Shown: positions 49,716 through 59,639, counted from the first letter of the stretch. The stretch is 64,000 nt of DNA from an uncultured Gemmatimonadales bacterium (GCA_963795085.1 CAWCFX010000001.1:288001-352000); one strand, 5' to 3'. The notes: a model not told the origin generated them from the letters alone. A program made the numbers and translations.

Positions 49716-50549
49716 TTAGCGGCCCGCCGCCATCGCCTCGAGCCGGGCTACTCGCTCCTCGGTGGGTGGATGGGTGCTGAAGAGCTTCATCACGCCGCCG
49801 CCATGGGCCGCGAGCGGGTTGACCTGGGCCAGCGCGGCCACCGCCGGCTGGACATGCATGGGAATCCGGTGGGCCATGGCGTCCAGCCGGCGAAGCGCGT
49901 TGGCGAGCGGCAGGGGCCGGCCCAGGATATCGGCGCCCACCCGGTCGGCTTCGAACTCGCGCTGCCGGCTGACCGCGAACTGGATGAGCATCGCCGCGAT
50001 AGGCGCGACGATGATCGCGGCGATCTGGAGCACCGGGTGGCCGCCCTCATCGTCCCTGCCGCCAAACATCAGCAGGTAGGGCAGGTAGCCGATGGCCCCG
50101 GCGATGCCGGCAGCGACGGTCGAGATCAGCATGTCCCGGTTCTTGATATGGGCCAGCTCGTGGGCGATCACGCCTTCGAGTTCTTCGGGCGGCATGTACT
50201 TCATGATACCGGTGGTGACCGCCACCACCGCCCGGCTCGGGCTCCGGCCGGTGGCAAACGCGTTGGGCTGCTCCTGCGCCGCGACCGCGACCACCGGCAT
50301 GGGAAGCCCGGCTCGCTGCCGCAGCCGGTCCACCATCGCGTACAACTCCGGCGCCTCCTTCTCCGTGACGACCTGGGCCCGGTACATCTTCAGCACCAGT
50401 TTGTCGGAAAAGAAGAACATGATAAAGTTGAAGAGGGATCCCAGTACCAGCGCCATGACGAGGCCGCTGCTGCCGCCGACCACCTGCCCCACCGCCATGA
50501 AGAGGGCGATCAGGCCCCCCATCAGCAGGAAGGTCTTCATGTTGTTCAT
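49716..50549 (-). CDS. htpX: Zinc metalloprotease HtpX
   Basis: PNAFATGR, AHELAHIKNRD, SRQREFEAD, FSTHPP. Confidence 0.95.
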   Translation of the reverse strand: MNNMKTFLLMGGLIALFMAVGQVVGGSSGLVMALVLGSLFNFIMFFFSDKLVLKMYRAQVVTEKEAPELYAMVDRLRQRAGLPMPVVAVAAQEQPNAFATGRSPSRAVVAVTTGIMKYMPPEELEGVIAHELAHIKNRDMLISTVAAGIAGAIGYLPYLLMFGGRDDEGGHPVLQIAAIIVAPIAAMLIQFAVSRQREFEADRVGADILGRPLPLANALRRLDAMAHRIPMHVQPAVAALAQVNPLAAHGGGVMKLFSTHPPTEERVARLEAMAAGR

Positions 50550-50567
50550 GTGACGCCTCCACAGGGT

Positions 50568-50619
50568 TAAAACACAAAAGCGAGACCTCGCCGCGGCATG
50601 CGCCGGACGAAGGTCTCGC
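50568..50619 (-). terminator. Riboswitch-controlled intrinsic terminator
   Basis: Minus strand GCGAGACCT...AGGTCTCGC followed by TTTTGTGTTTT; its 5' arm is the aptamer 3' strand. Confidence 0.8.
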
Positions 50620-50734
50620 TCTGACGACTCAGCGGATTGGTTCCGCTCGTCCCTGCTGGACCGTGCCCGGCGAGAAGCCGAACAGTCTTGACGATCCAGC
50701 CGTCCGCCCCAGGGCGGATAAGCTACTCCCCTTC
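50609..50734 (-). ncRNA. yybP-ykoY (Mn2+) riboswitch
   Basis: Minus strand GAAGGGGAGTAGC...CGTCAAGAC...GCGAGACCTTC signature; upstream of htpX-terC. Confidence 0.88.
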
Positions 50735-50793
50735 AACGGCTGGAAAGTACCTGCGCCGAGCCGTTCCGTCAATCCGGCCACCGCCAGAACTCA

Positions 50794-51279
50794 TTGCTCC
50801 CGGGCGACTTAAAGACGTACTTTGCGGGAATGAGCGCTCCCCGAGCATTGACGACCCTGGAACGCGGCCAGTTGGCGTCCTTTGCCCGGGCCCTCGATCT
50901 GGACCGGGTCCTGATCTACGATCGCACCACCCGGGCCGCCCGCGCCATGACTTTCCTCACCCGCGCCGCTCCCATTGCCATCGGTTACCGCATCTTCACC
51001 CCGGGGCCCCTCCGCTTGCCGGTCCTGGCCCACGAGCTGGCCCACGTCGCCCAGTACCGCCGGTGGGGCTGGCTGCGCTATCTCGCCAGGGGCGCCTGGA
51101 ACCAGGTCGTTCTCCGGACCCTGATGCGGCGGGATGTATATCGGTGGGAGCCGGAGCCGGGAAGGGCGTTCGAGGAATACGGCATGGAGCAGCAGGGGCA
51201 GATCGTGCAGGAGAGTTTCGAGGCCGGCTCACCGCGTCAGGCCGCAGCCCTCCACCTGTCACCGTACCGGCCTCCTTGA
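50794..51279 (+). CDS. DUF4157-like HExxH protein
   Basis: IAIGYRIF, LAHELAHVAQY, YGMEQQG. Confidence 0.75.
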   Translation: MLPGDLKTYFAGMSAPRALTTLERGQLASFARALDLDRVLIYDRTTRAARAMTFLTRAAPIAIGYRIFTPGPLRLPVLAHELAHVAQYRRWGWLRYLARGAWNQVVLRTLMRRDVYRWEPEPGRAFEEYGMEQQGQIVQESFEAGSPRQAAALHLSPYRPP

Positions 51280-51383
51280 CGGACGGTCCTTCTGCTTCGT
51301 CTCCGAGGGCCGAGGCGCACCAACGCCGAGGCCATCGAATCAAACTACTCGACATTCCAGGATCCGCTGCCTGTTCACCGGGG

Positions 51384-52634
51384 TTAGAACGGCGGGGTTC
51401 CCGCCGCCACCGGATCATCCCTCAGGATCGCTACCACCTCCGACCCCGCCGCCGTCTCGAATTGTCCTTCCGGAATCACCAGCAAGGCATTGGCCTTGAC
51501 CATGGAGGTCAGGATACCCGACCCCTGGGGGCCGGTGAGGGCAGCCTCCCGGCCATTTTCTGTCTCGGTGACTACGGCCCGGAGGAAATGCTGCAGCCTG
51601 GGCTTGAGCGAGACCGGGGCCGCCATGCGCACCGGCACTCCGCGCCGGAAGGGCAGGGCATGGCCCGCCATCGCCCGGATGGCGGGCCGGACGAATAGCT
51701 CAAAGGTGACCATGGTGCTGACCGGGTTGCCAGGAAGGCCGACCCAGGGAACCGGCCCCAGCAAGCCAAACCCAACCGGCGCTCCGGGCCGCATCCTCAG
51801 CTTCCAGAACTTGAGCTCGCCATCCATGTCCGCGATGACCTCGCGCAGGAAATCATGCTCCCCCACGCTGATCCCGGCGCTGGTCACCAGCAGGTCGCAT
51901 TCCCGCGCCGGTTCCAGGTGGGTCCGCAGGCTTTCCCGGCTGTCGGCTGCGATCCCGAGGTTTACCGGCTGGCCGCCCGCCAGGCGCACCAGCGCCATGA
52001 GGGTGTGGGTATTGGAACTGGCAATCTTTTCACCCGACAGGATCCGGTCGGCCTGGTCCACGTCCACGATTTCGTCTCCGCTGCCCAGGATAGCCACCCG
52101 GGGCTGCCGGTACACCAGGGGCTGGGCCACCGCCAGTGAGGCGAGCACGCCCAACTCAGCCGGTCCCAGAGCCATTCCCGCTTCCAGCGCGAGCCCGCCC
52201 CGGGCCAGGTCCTCTCCCGCCTTTCGCCAGTTGACGCCGACATCACGGTCGCGGGAGACCGACACGGTGTCGGCGCCGTAATCGGTGTCCTCCTGGCGGA
52301 TCACGCTGTCGGCCCCATCCGGAAGCCGGGCGCCGGTAAAGATGCGGGCCGCCTCGCCGGATACCACGGGATGCCGGGGTGCCTGGCCAGCCGCAATGTG
52401 CTGGGTGACCCGGAGCCGCACCGGCCTCTCCGCCGAGGCGCCGCGCACGTCTTCGCCCCGGACGGCGTAGCCGTCCATGGCCGAATTCGTATGGGGAGGG
52501 ATGTCCAGCGGGGCGATCACCGGCTCGGCGAGCACCGCGCCGAGCGCGTCATCGAGGGGTACCCGGAGGGCGGGCTGCCGCGCGACGTGCTGCAGGATCT
52601 CCAGCGCCGCCTCGCGGGCCGTCAGCCCGGTCAT
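51384..52634 (-). CDS. moeA: Molybdopterin molybdotransferase
   Basis: NSAMDGYA, IFTGA.LPDGAD, GDE, SAGISVGEHD, LPGNPVS. Confidence 0.93.
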   Translation of the reverse strand: MTGLTAREAALEILQHVARQPALRVPLDDALGAVLAEPVIAPLDIPPHTNSAMDGYAVRGEDVRGASAERPVRLRVTQHIAAGQAPRHPVVSGEAARIFTGARLPDGADSVIRQEDTDYGADTVSVSRDRDVGVNWRKAGEDLARGGLALEAGMALGPAELGVLASLAVAQPLVYRQPRVAILGSGDEIVDVDQADRILSGEKIASSNTHTLMALVRLAGGQPVNLGIAADSRESLRTHLEPARECDLLVTSAGISVGEHDFLREVIADMDGELKFWKLRMRPGAPVGFGLLGPVPWVGLPGNPVSTMVTFELFVRPAIRAMAGHALPFRRGVPVRMAAPVSLKPRLQHFLRAVVTETENGREAALTGPQGSGILTSMVKANALLVIPEGQFETAAGSEVVAILRDDPVAAGTPPF

Positions 52635-53155
52635 ACCGGAGCGGCCTTCTCCCAGGCGATGGCCGCAAGGAGCTGGAGCCAGATAGTATCCTTGAACCGG
52701 AGCACCGGGCACCCGGCGTCGAAATGCGCGTCATCGGTCACGACAGCAGCCCACTCCGCGGCGTTGGATGCGGCGGGGTCGTAGATCGGCGTTGTTGCGA
52801 CCGCCGAGCGGAACACTTCGATCTTGGGGAGTGGATGAGCCTTGAATCCCTCGACCAGGACAATATCCGCCTCGGCCAGGTACCGGCGGGCGAGCGTCAC
52901 CGGGTCGGTGTCATCTGGGCTGCGTTCGATCACCGCCCGCACCTCCGGCGAAGCAATCAGCACCCGCTCGGCTTTGCCTTCGTGAAAGTGGCGCCAGGTA
53001 TCGGTGCCGGGAGTATCGAGGGCCGCGGGGTGGGACGCGTGCTTGATGGTCATGATCCGGCGGCCGCGCCGGGCCAGCTCGCTCGCCAGGGCAACGACCA
53101 GGGTGGTCTTGCCCGCGTTCTTCCGGCCTATGATTGAAATGATCCTCGTTGCCAC
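52631..53155 (-). CDS. mobB: Molybdopterin-guanine dinucleotide biosynthesis protein B
   Basis: GRKNAGKTTL, IKH, DTPGTDTW, VLVEGFK...PKIEV; GTG start. Confidence 0.9.
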   Translation of the reverse strand: MATRIISIIGRKNAGKTTLVVALASELARRGRRIMTIKHASHPAALDTPGTDTWRHFHEGKAERVLIASPEVRAVIERSPDDTDPVTLARRYLAEADIVLVEGFKAHPLPKIEVFRSAVATTPIYDPAASNAAEWAAVVTDDAHFDAGCPVLRFKDTIWLQLLAAIAWEKAAPV

Positions 53156-53745
53156 AGCGCGTTCGCCTCGGCGAGGTCGTCTGGAGTGTTGAGGTTGAAG
53201 AACAGGGAGGCCGGGTCGCCCAGCTCCCGGACCCGGGCGACAGGGAGGATACCCGTGTTGACTTCCTGATGGAAGGCGATTGCCCGGCGGTCGCCCCGGT
53301 CCAGCGCGGCCTCGATGGCGGCGCGGCAGGCGGGCCCGTAGGCGGCGCAGAGTGGCTCGACGCCGCGGCGCCCATCGCTTTCCGGAAGAAAGGCGTCGTG
53401 GTCGGCGAGGCCACGGGCAAGGGCACGGATGAGAGCCACGGTGACGAAGGGCATGTCCCAAGCGGCGACGACCACCGGCGCCGGGCCCTCCGCAACCGCG
53501 GTCAGGATGCCGCCCAGCGCGCCGAGTCCGGGACGGGTATCCGAGACCACCCGGAGGCCGGGCTTCCAGTCCGCGGCATCAGGAGCATTGGCGACCAGGA
53601 GGGGAAGATCGCCCAGCGCCTCGGTCAGGACATCGGCCAGTCGGTCGAGGATGCGCCGGCCTCCGACAATTTCCAGCCCCTTGGGCCGGCCGCCGTACCG
53701 GGTGGCGCCTCCGCCGGCGAGGATGGCTCCGCGGACTCGAGGCAC
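53128..53745 (-). CDS. mobA: Molybdenum cofactor guanylyltransferase
   Basis: ILAGG..TRYGG.PKG, DMPF, EPLCAAY, FNLNTPDDL. Confidence 0.9.
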   Translation of the reverse strand: MPRVRGAILAGGGATRYGGRPKGLEIVGGRRILDRLADVLTEALGDLPLLVANAPDAADWKPGLRVVSDTRPGLGALGGILTAVAEGPAPVVVAAWDMPFVTVALIRALARGLADHDAFLPESDGRRGVEPLCAAYGPACRAAIEAALDRGDRRAIAFHQEVNTGILPVARVRELGDPASLFFNLNTPDDLAEANALWQRGSFQS

Positions 53746-53767
53746 GCCGTTGCAGCCGGCCGCGGCC

Positions 53768-54565
53768 CTAGTACCGTCGGCCTCGACGCCGCTCCAGGAC
53801 CACATCGAACCCGAAGGTCATGCTCCATACGTGCTGGTAGCTGAGCTTGTGCGGCGGTTCCAGGTTGGGAGTTCCGAAGGTGGGTCCGGTCACCTCGTCG
53901 ATACCCACGATGTTGTCGCGCACTTCCCAGCGCAGCTGGTACCCCCGTCCCAGCGCGGCCGTAAAGCCGGCGCCCAGGCCCACCACCGGGCTGACCTGCC
54001 GGCGGCTGGGATCGTCGTACACGGTGAACCGGGTGTCTTCCGAGCTCCCGTTGCTGAAAAACCCGTCGGTCTGGATCGGGCTGTGCTGGCTCACCACGAC
54101 CCCGACATGGAGCCGGGCGTAGGGCGAGATGACCCGCCGGCTCATGACCCGGTACATGGTGCCAACGCCCAGGCTCACTGCGCTGCCGGGGGAATCGCCG
54201 TTGATGCTGTTACAGATCTCCGCGGCGCGCCCGGAACCACTGGAGAAGGTGATCTCGCAGCCATCCTCGAAGCCCAGGCCCAGCAGCATCGCCTCGCCGG
54301 TGATCCCCCAGTGTTCGCTGGGGAAATAGGTGCCATGGAAGACAATCGCCAGCGATCCCCTGGTGCGGCGCGCCAGCGACAAGGTGTCCACCGTACTGGC
54401 CGCCGTGAAAATCGGCTGGTTGCCGATGGACCAGAGATTGGTGCCGGTGGTGGCGCCGGCCGAGAGCCCCAGGCTGAGGCGGGCCTGGTCGGCGGTACGC
54501 TGGGCAAAGAGCGGCGTCGGGGCTATCAGGACCAGGGAAGCGAGGGCTAGCCAGCGTATGCGCAT
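53768..54565 (-). CDS. Putative outer-membrane beta-barrel protein
   Basis: Signal peptide, alternating beta strands (SPYARL, LRWEVRD). Confidence 0.7.
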   Translation of the reverse strand: MRIRWLALASLVLIAPTPLFAQRTADQARLSLGLSAGATTGTNLWSIGNQPIFTAASTVDTLSLARRTRGSLAIVFHGTYFPSEHWGITGEAMLLGLGFEDGCEITFSSGSGRAAEICNSINGDSPGSAVSLGVGTMYRVMSRRVISPYARLHVGVVVSQHSPIQTDGFFSNGSSEDTRFTVYDDPSRRQVSPVVGLGAGFTAALGRGYQLRWEVRDNIVGIDEVTGPTFGTPNLEPPHKLSYQHVWSMTFGFDVVLERRRGRRY

Positions 54566-54984
54566 CACGGCCTCAGCAAGTTGTGGTGTTCTACCGCAAG
54601 ACAATAGTCCATGACCACCGGGATCCCTGCTGTCTCGACCTGGCGGGCGGCCTCGTCGTGAACGACGCCGAGTTGCAGCCACAGTAGCCGGGGCCGGACC
54701 GCGAGGATCTGGGGCACCAGCCCCGGCAGCGCGGCGGGCTGCCGGAAAACGTTGACGATATCGATGGGTCCGCCTGCCGCCGCCGAAGCCAGATCGGGGT
54801 GCACGGTCTCCCCCAGGATGGGTACCGAGGTTGCCGGCCGCACCGGGATGATCGTGTACCCGGCCTGCTGCAGATAGCGCGACACCGAGTGACTGGGGCG
54901 GGCCGGCCGGGGACTCAACCCGACCACCGCGATGCGCCGGGCCTCCCTCAGGATCCCCTCGGCCGCCGCAGGCAGAATCGGCAT
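54565..54984 (-). CDS. CoA-binding domain protein (YccU-like)
   Basis: IAVVGLS..P.RPS..V..YL, DIVNVFR, WLQLGV, VVMDYC. Confidence 0.88.
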   Translation of the reverse strand: MPILPAAAEGILREARRIAVVGLSPRPARPSHSVSRYLQQAGYTIIPVRPATSVPILGETVHPDLASAAAGGPIDIVNVFRQPAALPGLVPQILAVRPRLLWLQLGVVHDEAARQVETAGIPVVMDYCLAVEHHNLLRP

Positions 54985-55703
54985 CAGCTGCAGGCCTCGG
55001 CGCCGTGCACCTGGGGCGCTCCGCTCACCGCCCGCCCGATCAGCCGCATGCCAGTGCGGCGGGCGATTTCTACCGCGAGGGTGGAAGGCACCGACGGGGT
55101 CGCGATATAGGCGATGCCGGCCCGGGCTCCCTTCCACGCCAGTTCGGCGGAGATCCGCCCCGTCACCAGGAGACCCAGGCCCGCGACCGTGTCCCGGGCC
55201 AGCAGCGCCGCCCCCACCACCTTGTCCACCGCGTTGTGCCGGCCGATATCCTCGGCGTGATACCGAAGCTGGCGCCCATCGGTCAGCGCGGCGGCATGGA
55301 TGCCGCCGGTGTCGCGGTAACGCTCGCCCCGGGCAAACAGCTCCTTGAACGCGGTCCGCAAGGCCCCGAGGTCGGGGAGCGGGGCCCGCGACGGCTGGGA
55401 CACCGCGGCGGCCGGGTCCGCCAGGAAAGTGGAGACGGCCCCGCACCCGGAGGCCAACACAGGCCGCCGGCCTTCGGCTTCCACCAGGGAAACCCGGTGG
55501 GCGGGAATGGTGACCCAGAAGCCGAGATCGGTGGCACAGGGCCGCAGCGTCAGCCCGTCGATGGTATCGACGTAGCCCTCACCGTGGAGCCACCCCACCG
55601 CGAGTTCCTCCAGCAGGTCGGGCGTGCACATCCAGGTGACCGCCGGGCGACCATTGACCTCCAGCCACACCGGGACCTCTTCCACCACCGCCTCGGCCGA
55701 CAT
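54984..55703 (-). CDS. fdhD: Formate dehydrogenase accessory sulfurtransferase
   Basis: SGCG, TGGIHAAAL, EDIGRHNAVDKVVG, TGRIS. Confidence 0.9.
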   Translation of the reverse strand: MSAEAVVEEVPVWLEVNGRPAVTWMCTPDLLEELAVGWLHGEGYVDTIDGLTLRPCATDLGFWVTIPAHRVSLVEAEGRRPVLASGCGAVSTFLADPAAAVSQPSRAPLPDLGALRTAFKELFARGERYRDTGGIHAAALTDGRQLRYHAEDIGRHNAVDKVVGAALLARDTVAGLGLLVTGRISAELAWKGARAGIAYIATPSVPSTLAVEIARRTGMRLIGRAVSGAPQVHGAEACS

Positions 55704-55734
55704 CCGGCCCCCGCGTTTGGGCGCCGGCTGGATG

Positions 55735-56148
55735 TCAGGGCTTTCCGGTGCAGTCGGCATGCAGCGTGGGATCCTCCGCGACGCGAACCCTGAGGAGACG
55801 CAGACCGGCCGGAAGCCGGGCCGCGATGCGGGCATACAGAAGGGAAGCTAGCGCCTCGCAGGTCGGGAGGGGACGGCCGGACGAGAATTCGGGGAGATCG
55901 GTGTTGAGCCGGCGGCCGGAAAGGCGGTCGAGGACCTCCTCCTGGAGCACCCCGTCGAGCCAGGCGAGATCGACGATCATGCCGGTGGCCGGGTCCGGCG
56001 CCCCCGCCACGGTCACCGCGCAGGAGTACTGGTGTCCGTGGTAGTCGGCCACCGGCCCGAAGTGGCCCCGATTCTCCTGGTCGCTCCAGTCGGCGCGCCA
56101 CATCCGGTGGGTCGCGGGGAAGGAGAGAGAACGGGTGAGGGAGAGCAT
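55735..56148 (-). CDS. 6-pyruvoyl/6-carboxy-tetrahydropterin synthase family (QueD-like)
   Basis: F.ATH, HGHQY, GMIVD, PTCEALA. Confidence 0.82.
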   Translation of the reverse strand: MLSLTRSLSFPATHRMWRADWSDQENRGHFGPVADYHGHQYSCAVTVAGAPDPATGMIVDLAWLDGVLQEEVLDRLSGRRLNTDLPEFSSGRPLPTCEALASLLYARIAARLPAGLRLLRVRVAEDPTLHADCTGKP

Positions 56149-56222
56149 GGCTGATCAGCGAGTGATCCTGGGGGATGGATCAAGGATGGCACGATCAAGG
56201 GCGAGGCGGTGATCGCGAACCA

Positions 56223-56945
56223 TCAGAATGCGAAGCCAATACCACCAATCACCCACCAGCCGCTGGTCCATTCGTTGTCCTTCCCATTGGTGATCACGGC
56301 GTTGGGATCTTCCTCGGTGCCCGGTTCGGCTTCCGGCTCGTCCAGGTAGGCGGCGGGGTACTTGAGCTTCCAGAAGTGGCGCCGGGCCTCCAGCCGGAGC
56401 TGGATCTTCTGTCCCAGGAAATAGCGTACCCCCGCGCCCGGGGAGATTGAAAAGCGTTTGCCGAAATCGAACCCGCTGGTGTCGGCCCCGGTGTTGCTGG
56501 CAATGGCGTATCCGAGGCCGCCGGTGATGAAGGGCTGCAGGTTATGCCAGGTCTTGCCGCCGGTCAGGTTGAACTGCAGCGCGGCCTCGATGAGGACGAC
56601 GCTCTGGTCCACCGGCCCGGTCACCCGGGAGGCCACGCTGTCGTCGGCGTCCACGATGAACCGCTCGAGATCCATGTAGGAGGCCGTCAGGCCCCCCTCG
56701 ATGAACCCGCTCATCCGGAATCCGAAGCGGAGGCCGTACGTGTTTCCATGGTGAGGGCCGATCCGGAGTTCGCCGCCCTCGCCGCCGAGGCGTCCAAAGA
56801 GCGGTGTCACCGAGGAGCCGAAGCGGACGTCGCGGTAGGGCGACCGGGACGGCGGGTGGCCCACCTGGCTCCAGGCCGCGGGCGCTGTCGCCAGCAGGAA
56901 CGCGGCCACCAGGAGGCCTCGCCGTCCAAACACACATGCCGCCAT
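56223..56945 (-). CDS. Putative outer-membrane beta-barrel protein
   Basis: Signal peptide, PFITGGLG, LRLEAR, C-terminal GFAF. Confidence 0.75.
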   Translation of the reverse strand: MAACVFGRRGLLVAAFLLATAPAAWSQVGHPPSRSPYRDVRFGSSVTPLFGRLGGEGGELRIGPHHGNTYGLRFGFRMSGFIEGGLTASYMDLERFIVDADDSVASRVTGPVDQSVVLIEAALQFNLTGGKTWHNLQPFITGGLGYAIASNTGADTSGFDFGKRFSISPGAGVRYFLGQKIQLRLEARRHFWKLKYPAAYLDEPEAEPGTEEDPNAVITNGKDNEWTSGWWVIGGIGFAF

Positions 56946-56947
56946 GA

Positions 56948-58507
56948 TCAGTCTCCCATCGCTCGAAGGTCCCGGCCCGTCATCTCCGGCGGCGGCTCCA
57001 GGCCCAACAGGTTAAGAACAGTCGGTCCCACATCGCAGAGGGCGCCCCCGGCCCGCAGTTCCGTGGCCCCGGCATTGACGGCGACGAACGGAACCGGGTT
57101 GGTGGTGTGCGCGGTATGGGGCCCGCCCGTTTCCGGATCGACCATCTGCTCGCAGTTGCCGTGGTCCGCCGTCACCAGCAGGGCTGCACCGGTGCGCTCC
57201 ACGGTAGCCAGCACCCGCCCCAGGCACTGGTCCACCGTCTCCACCGCCCTGATAATGGCCGGGATCACCCCGGTGTGGCCCACCATGTCCGCGTTGGCGT
57301 AGTTGCACAGGATGAAATCGTGCTGCCGGGCCTCGATCGCGCCGCAGAGCACATCGGTGATGCCGGCGGCGCTCATTTCCGGCGCCAGGTCGTAGGTCGC
57401 CACCTTCTGGGAGGCGACCAGCCGCCGCTCTTCGCCGGCGTAAGGCACTTCGTTGCCACCGTTGAAGAAATAGGTAACGTGGGGGTATTTCTCCGTTTCC
57501 GCCGTGCGCAGCTGCGTCCGTCCCCGGTCGGCCAGCACCTCGGCCACGATCCTGGCCATACTGAACGGTGGGAAGGCGGCCGGAATCGGATAGGTCTGGT
57601 CGTACTGGGTCATGGTGACCATGGACAGGCGCGGGCGGTTCGCCACCGGAAACCCGGCGAAGTCGCGGATCATCAGGGCGCTGACGATCTGCCGCATCCG
57701 GTCGCTTCGATAATTGAAGCAGAAAACGCCATCGCCGTCGCGGAGCGTGGCGACCGGCTGGCCGCCGTCCTCCAGCACAATGGGGCGGACGAACTCGTCG
57801 GTTTCTCCCCGGGCGTAGGCGGCCAGGACCGCGCCGGCCGGATCCTCCGCCCGAACCCCGGTGCCGTGGACCATGGCGTCGTACGCCAACCGGGTCCGGT
57901 CCCAGCGCTTGTCGCGGTCCATGGCGTAGTAGCGCCCGGTCAGGGTCGCGATGCGGGCCCGCCCGCCCGATATCCGCCGAAGATCCTCCTGCAGGGTCCG
58001 CACTACGTCGCCCGCCGAGGTGGGCAACGTGTCGCGCCCGTCGAGAAACCCGTGGATGGCGATGCGCCCAACGCCCTGCCGGACCCCGAACTCGACCGCC
58101 GCGAGGAGATGGTGGTCGATCGCGTGCACGCCGCCCGGCCCCAGCAGCCCCATGAGATGCAGGGTTCCCCCGGCCCCGGCGAGGGCGGTGCCCAGGTCCA
58201 CCAGCGAAGGAAGGGTGTAGAAATCTCCCGTCTCGATGCTCTGGGTGATCCGCACCAGGTCCTGGGGAACCACCCGGCCGGCGCCCAGGTTGAGATGGCC
58301 AACCTCGCTATTGCCCATCTGCCCGGGCGGAAGGCCGACCGCCAGCCCGCTGGCGTCGAGCAGGGTCCGGGGACCCCGTTCCCAGAGTCGGTGCCAGACC
58401 GGAGTCGCGGCGAGCTCGATGGCGTTGGCCTCGGACTCAGGGCGATATCCCCATCCGTCCAGGACCACCAGTACCACGGGCGCCCGCAGTCCTCCCAGGT
58501 TTGACAT
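56948..58507 (-). CDS. gpmI: 2,3-bisphosphoglycerate-independent phosphoglycerate mutase
   Basis: LDGWG, GQMGNSEVGH, AETEKYPHVT, NADMVGHTG, ADHGN. Confidence 0.96.
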   Translation of the reverse strand: MSNLGGLRAPVVLVVLDGWGYRPESEANAIELAATPVWHRLWERGPRTLLDASGLAVGLPPGQMGNSEVGHLNLGAGRVVPQDLVRITQSIETGDFYTLPSLVDLGTALAGAGGTLHLMGLLGPGGVHAIDHHLLAAVEFGVRQGVGRIAIHGFLDGRDTLPTSAGDVVRTLQEDLRRISGGRARIATLTGRYYAMDRDKRWDRTRLAYDAMVHGTGVRAEDPAGAVLAAYARGETDEFVRPIVLEDGGQPVATLRDGDGVFCFNYRSDRMRQIVSALMIRDFAGFPVANRPRLSMVTMTQYDQTYPIPAAFPPFSMARIVAEVLADRGRTQLRTAETEKYPHVTYFFNGGNEVPYAGEERRLVASQKVATYDLAPEMSAAGITDVLCGAIEARQHDFILCNYANADMVGHTGVIPAIIRAVETVDQCLGRVLATVERTGAALLVTADHGNCEQMVDPETGGPHTAHTTNPVPFVAVNAGATELRAGGALCDVGPTVLNLLGLEPPPEMTGRDLRAMGD

Positions 58508-58534
58508 GGCTCTCCGGAGTTTCTACAATGCGAT

Positions 58535-59605
58535 ATGCCGACTGACGCGCCGCAATCTAGCCCGGCCCTGAGCCGGCTACCAGCCTGTATCCTGGCTGTC
58601 CTGCTGCTCCTTTCCGCTCCTGTCGTTGCGCAGGAGCGGTTTCGTGTGACCAGTGACGTCTCCTTCCGGAAATCGGCCAATGGCGTGGTCCTCGGCACCC
58701 TGGCTCGCGGGACCGAACTCACGCTCCGGAAGACCGAGGGGAGCTGGGCCGAGTTCCGGCTGGAGGGCTGGATCTACAACCAGTCCATCAGTCCCGATTC
58801 GCGCGACGGCTTCGATGTCGTCACCCGGAGCCGCGAGAACATCCGGGCGGAGCCGAACGGCACCGTGGTCGCGCGGGCGTCGCTCGGCGCCCTGTTCCAC
58901 CGGGATGAGCAGCGCAACGGCTGGAGCCGGGTCCGCCGCGACGTATGGATTCCCCGTGCCGCGATCCAGTCGCTCAGCAATCCCCCCGCTACGGCCCAGC
59001 GGCCCCCGGCGCGCGATACGGCCCGGCGCGCTGCCCCGGCGGCTCGCGATACCGCGGCCGCGATCGGTGCCGGCCTCACCGGGGCGGCCCCTCCTGGCAG
59101 CCACGTGGAGCTCGCCGGCGCCACCCGGCTCCTGACCACTCCGGACGGCACCAGCCTGGGAACGCTCGAAAAAGGCGGCCGGGCTCGGGTGGTGAGCCGC
59201 TCCGGCGAGTGGGTGCGCGTCCAGGTGGAGGGCTGGGTGCGGGAAGGCGATACCCGCCCGGCCAGTGACAGCGGCACCCTCGCGGGGATCACCGCCGCCG
59301 AGGTGCGGGCCGCGCCGGCCCAGTTCGTCGGTAAAGTGGTCGACTGGCGGGTGCAGTTCCTCGCGGTTCAGAAAGCCGACGAGCTCCGCCCCGAGATTCC
59401 CTCCGGCCGGCACTATCTCCTGACCCGTGGCCCGCTCCCGGAATCCGGGTTCGTCTACGTGATCATCCCCGCCGACCAGGTCGAGCGATTCCGGAGCCTG
59501 ACTCCGCTGCAGGAGATCATGGTGCGGGGAACCATCAAGGCCGCCTCCACCCGCTACCTGCCTAACCCGGTGCTGGAGCTGGTGGCGCTGGTCAACACCC
59601 CGTGA
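58535..59605 (+). CDS. Secreted protein with bacterial SH3-like repeats
   Basis: Signal peptide; repeats such as EGSWAEFRLEGWI and SGEWVRVQVEGWV. Confidence 0.78.
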   Translation: MPTDAPQSSPALSRLPACILAVLLLLSAPVVAQERFRVTSDVSFRKSANGVVLGTLARGTELTLRKTEGSWAEFRLEGWIYNQSISPDSRDGFDVVTRSRENIRAEPNGTVVARASLGALFHRDEQRNGWSRVRRDVWIPRAAIQSLSNPPATAQRPPARDTARRAAPAARDTAAAIGAGLTGAAPPGSHVELAGATRLLTTPDGTSLGTLEKGGRARVVSRSGEWVRVQVEGWVREGDTRPASDSGTLAGITAAEVRAAPAQFVGKVVDWRVQFLAVQKADELRPEIPSGRHYLLTRGPLPESGFVYVIIPADQVERFRSLTPLQEIMVRGTIKAASTRYLPNPVLELVALVNTP

Positions 59606-59639
59606 GCAATCCGCTCCCGCCACCTGTCAATAACTTCCG

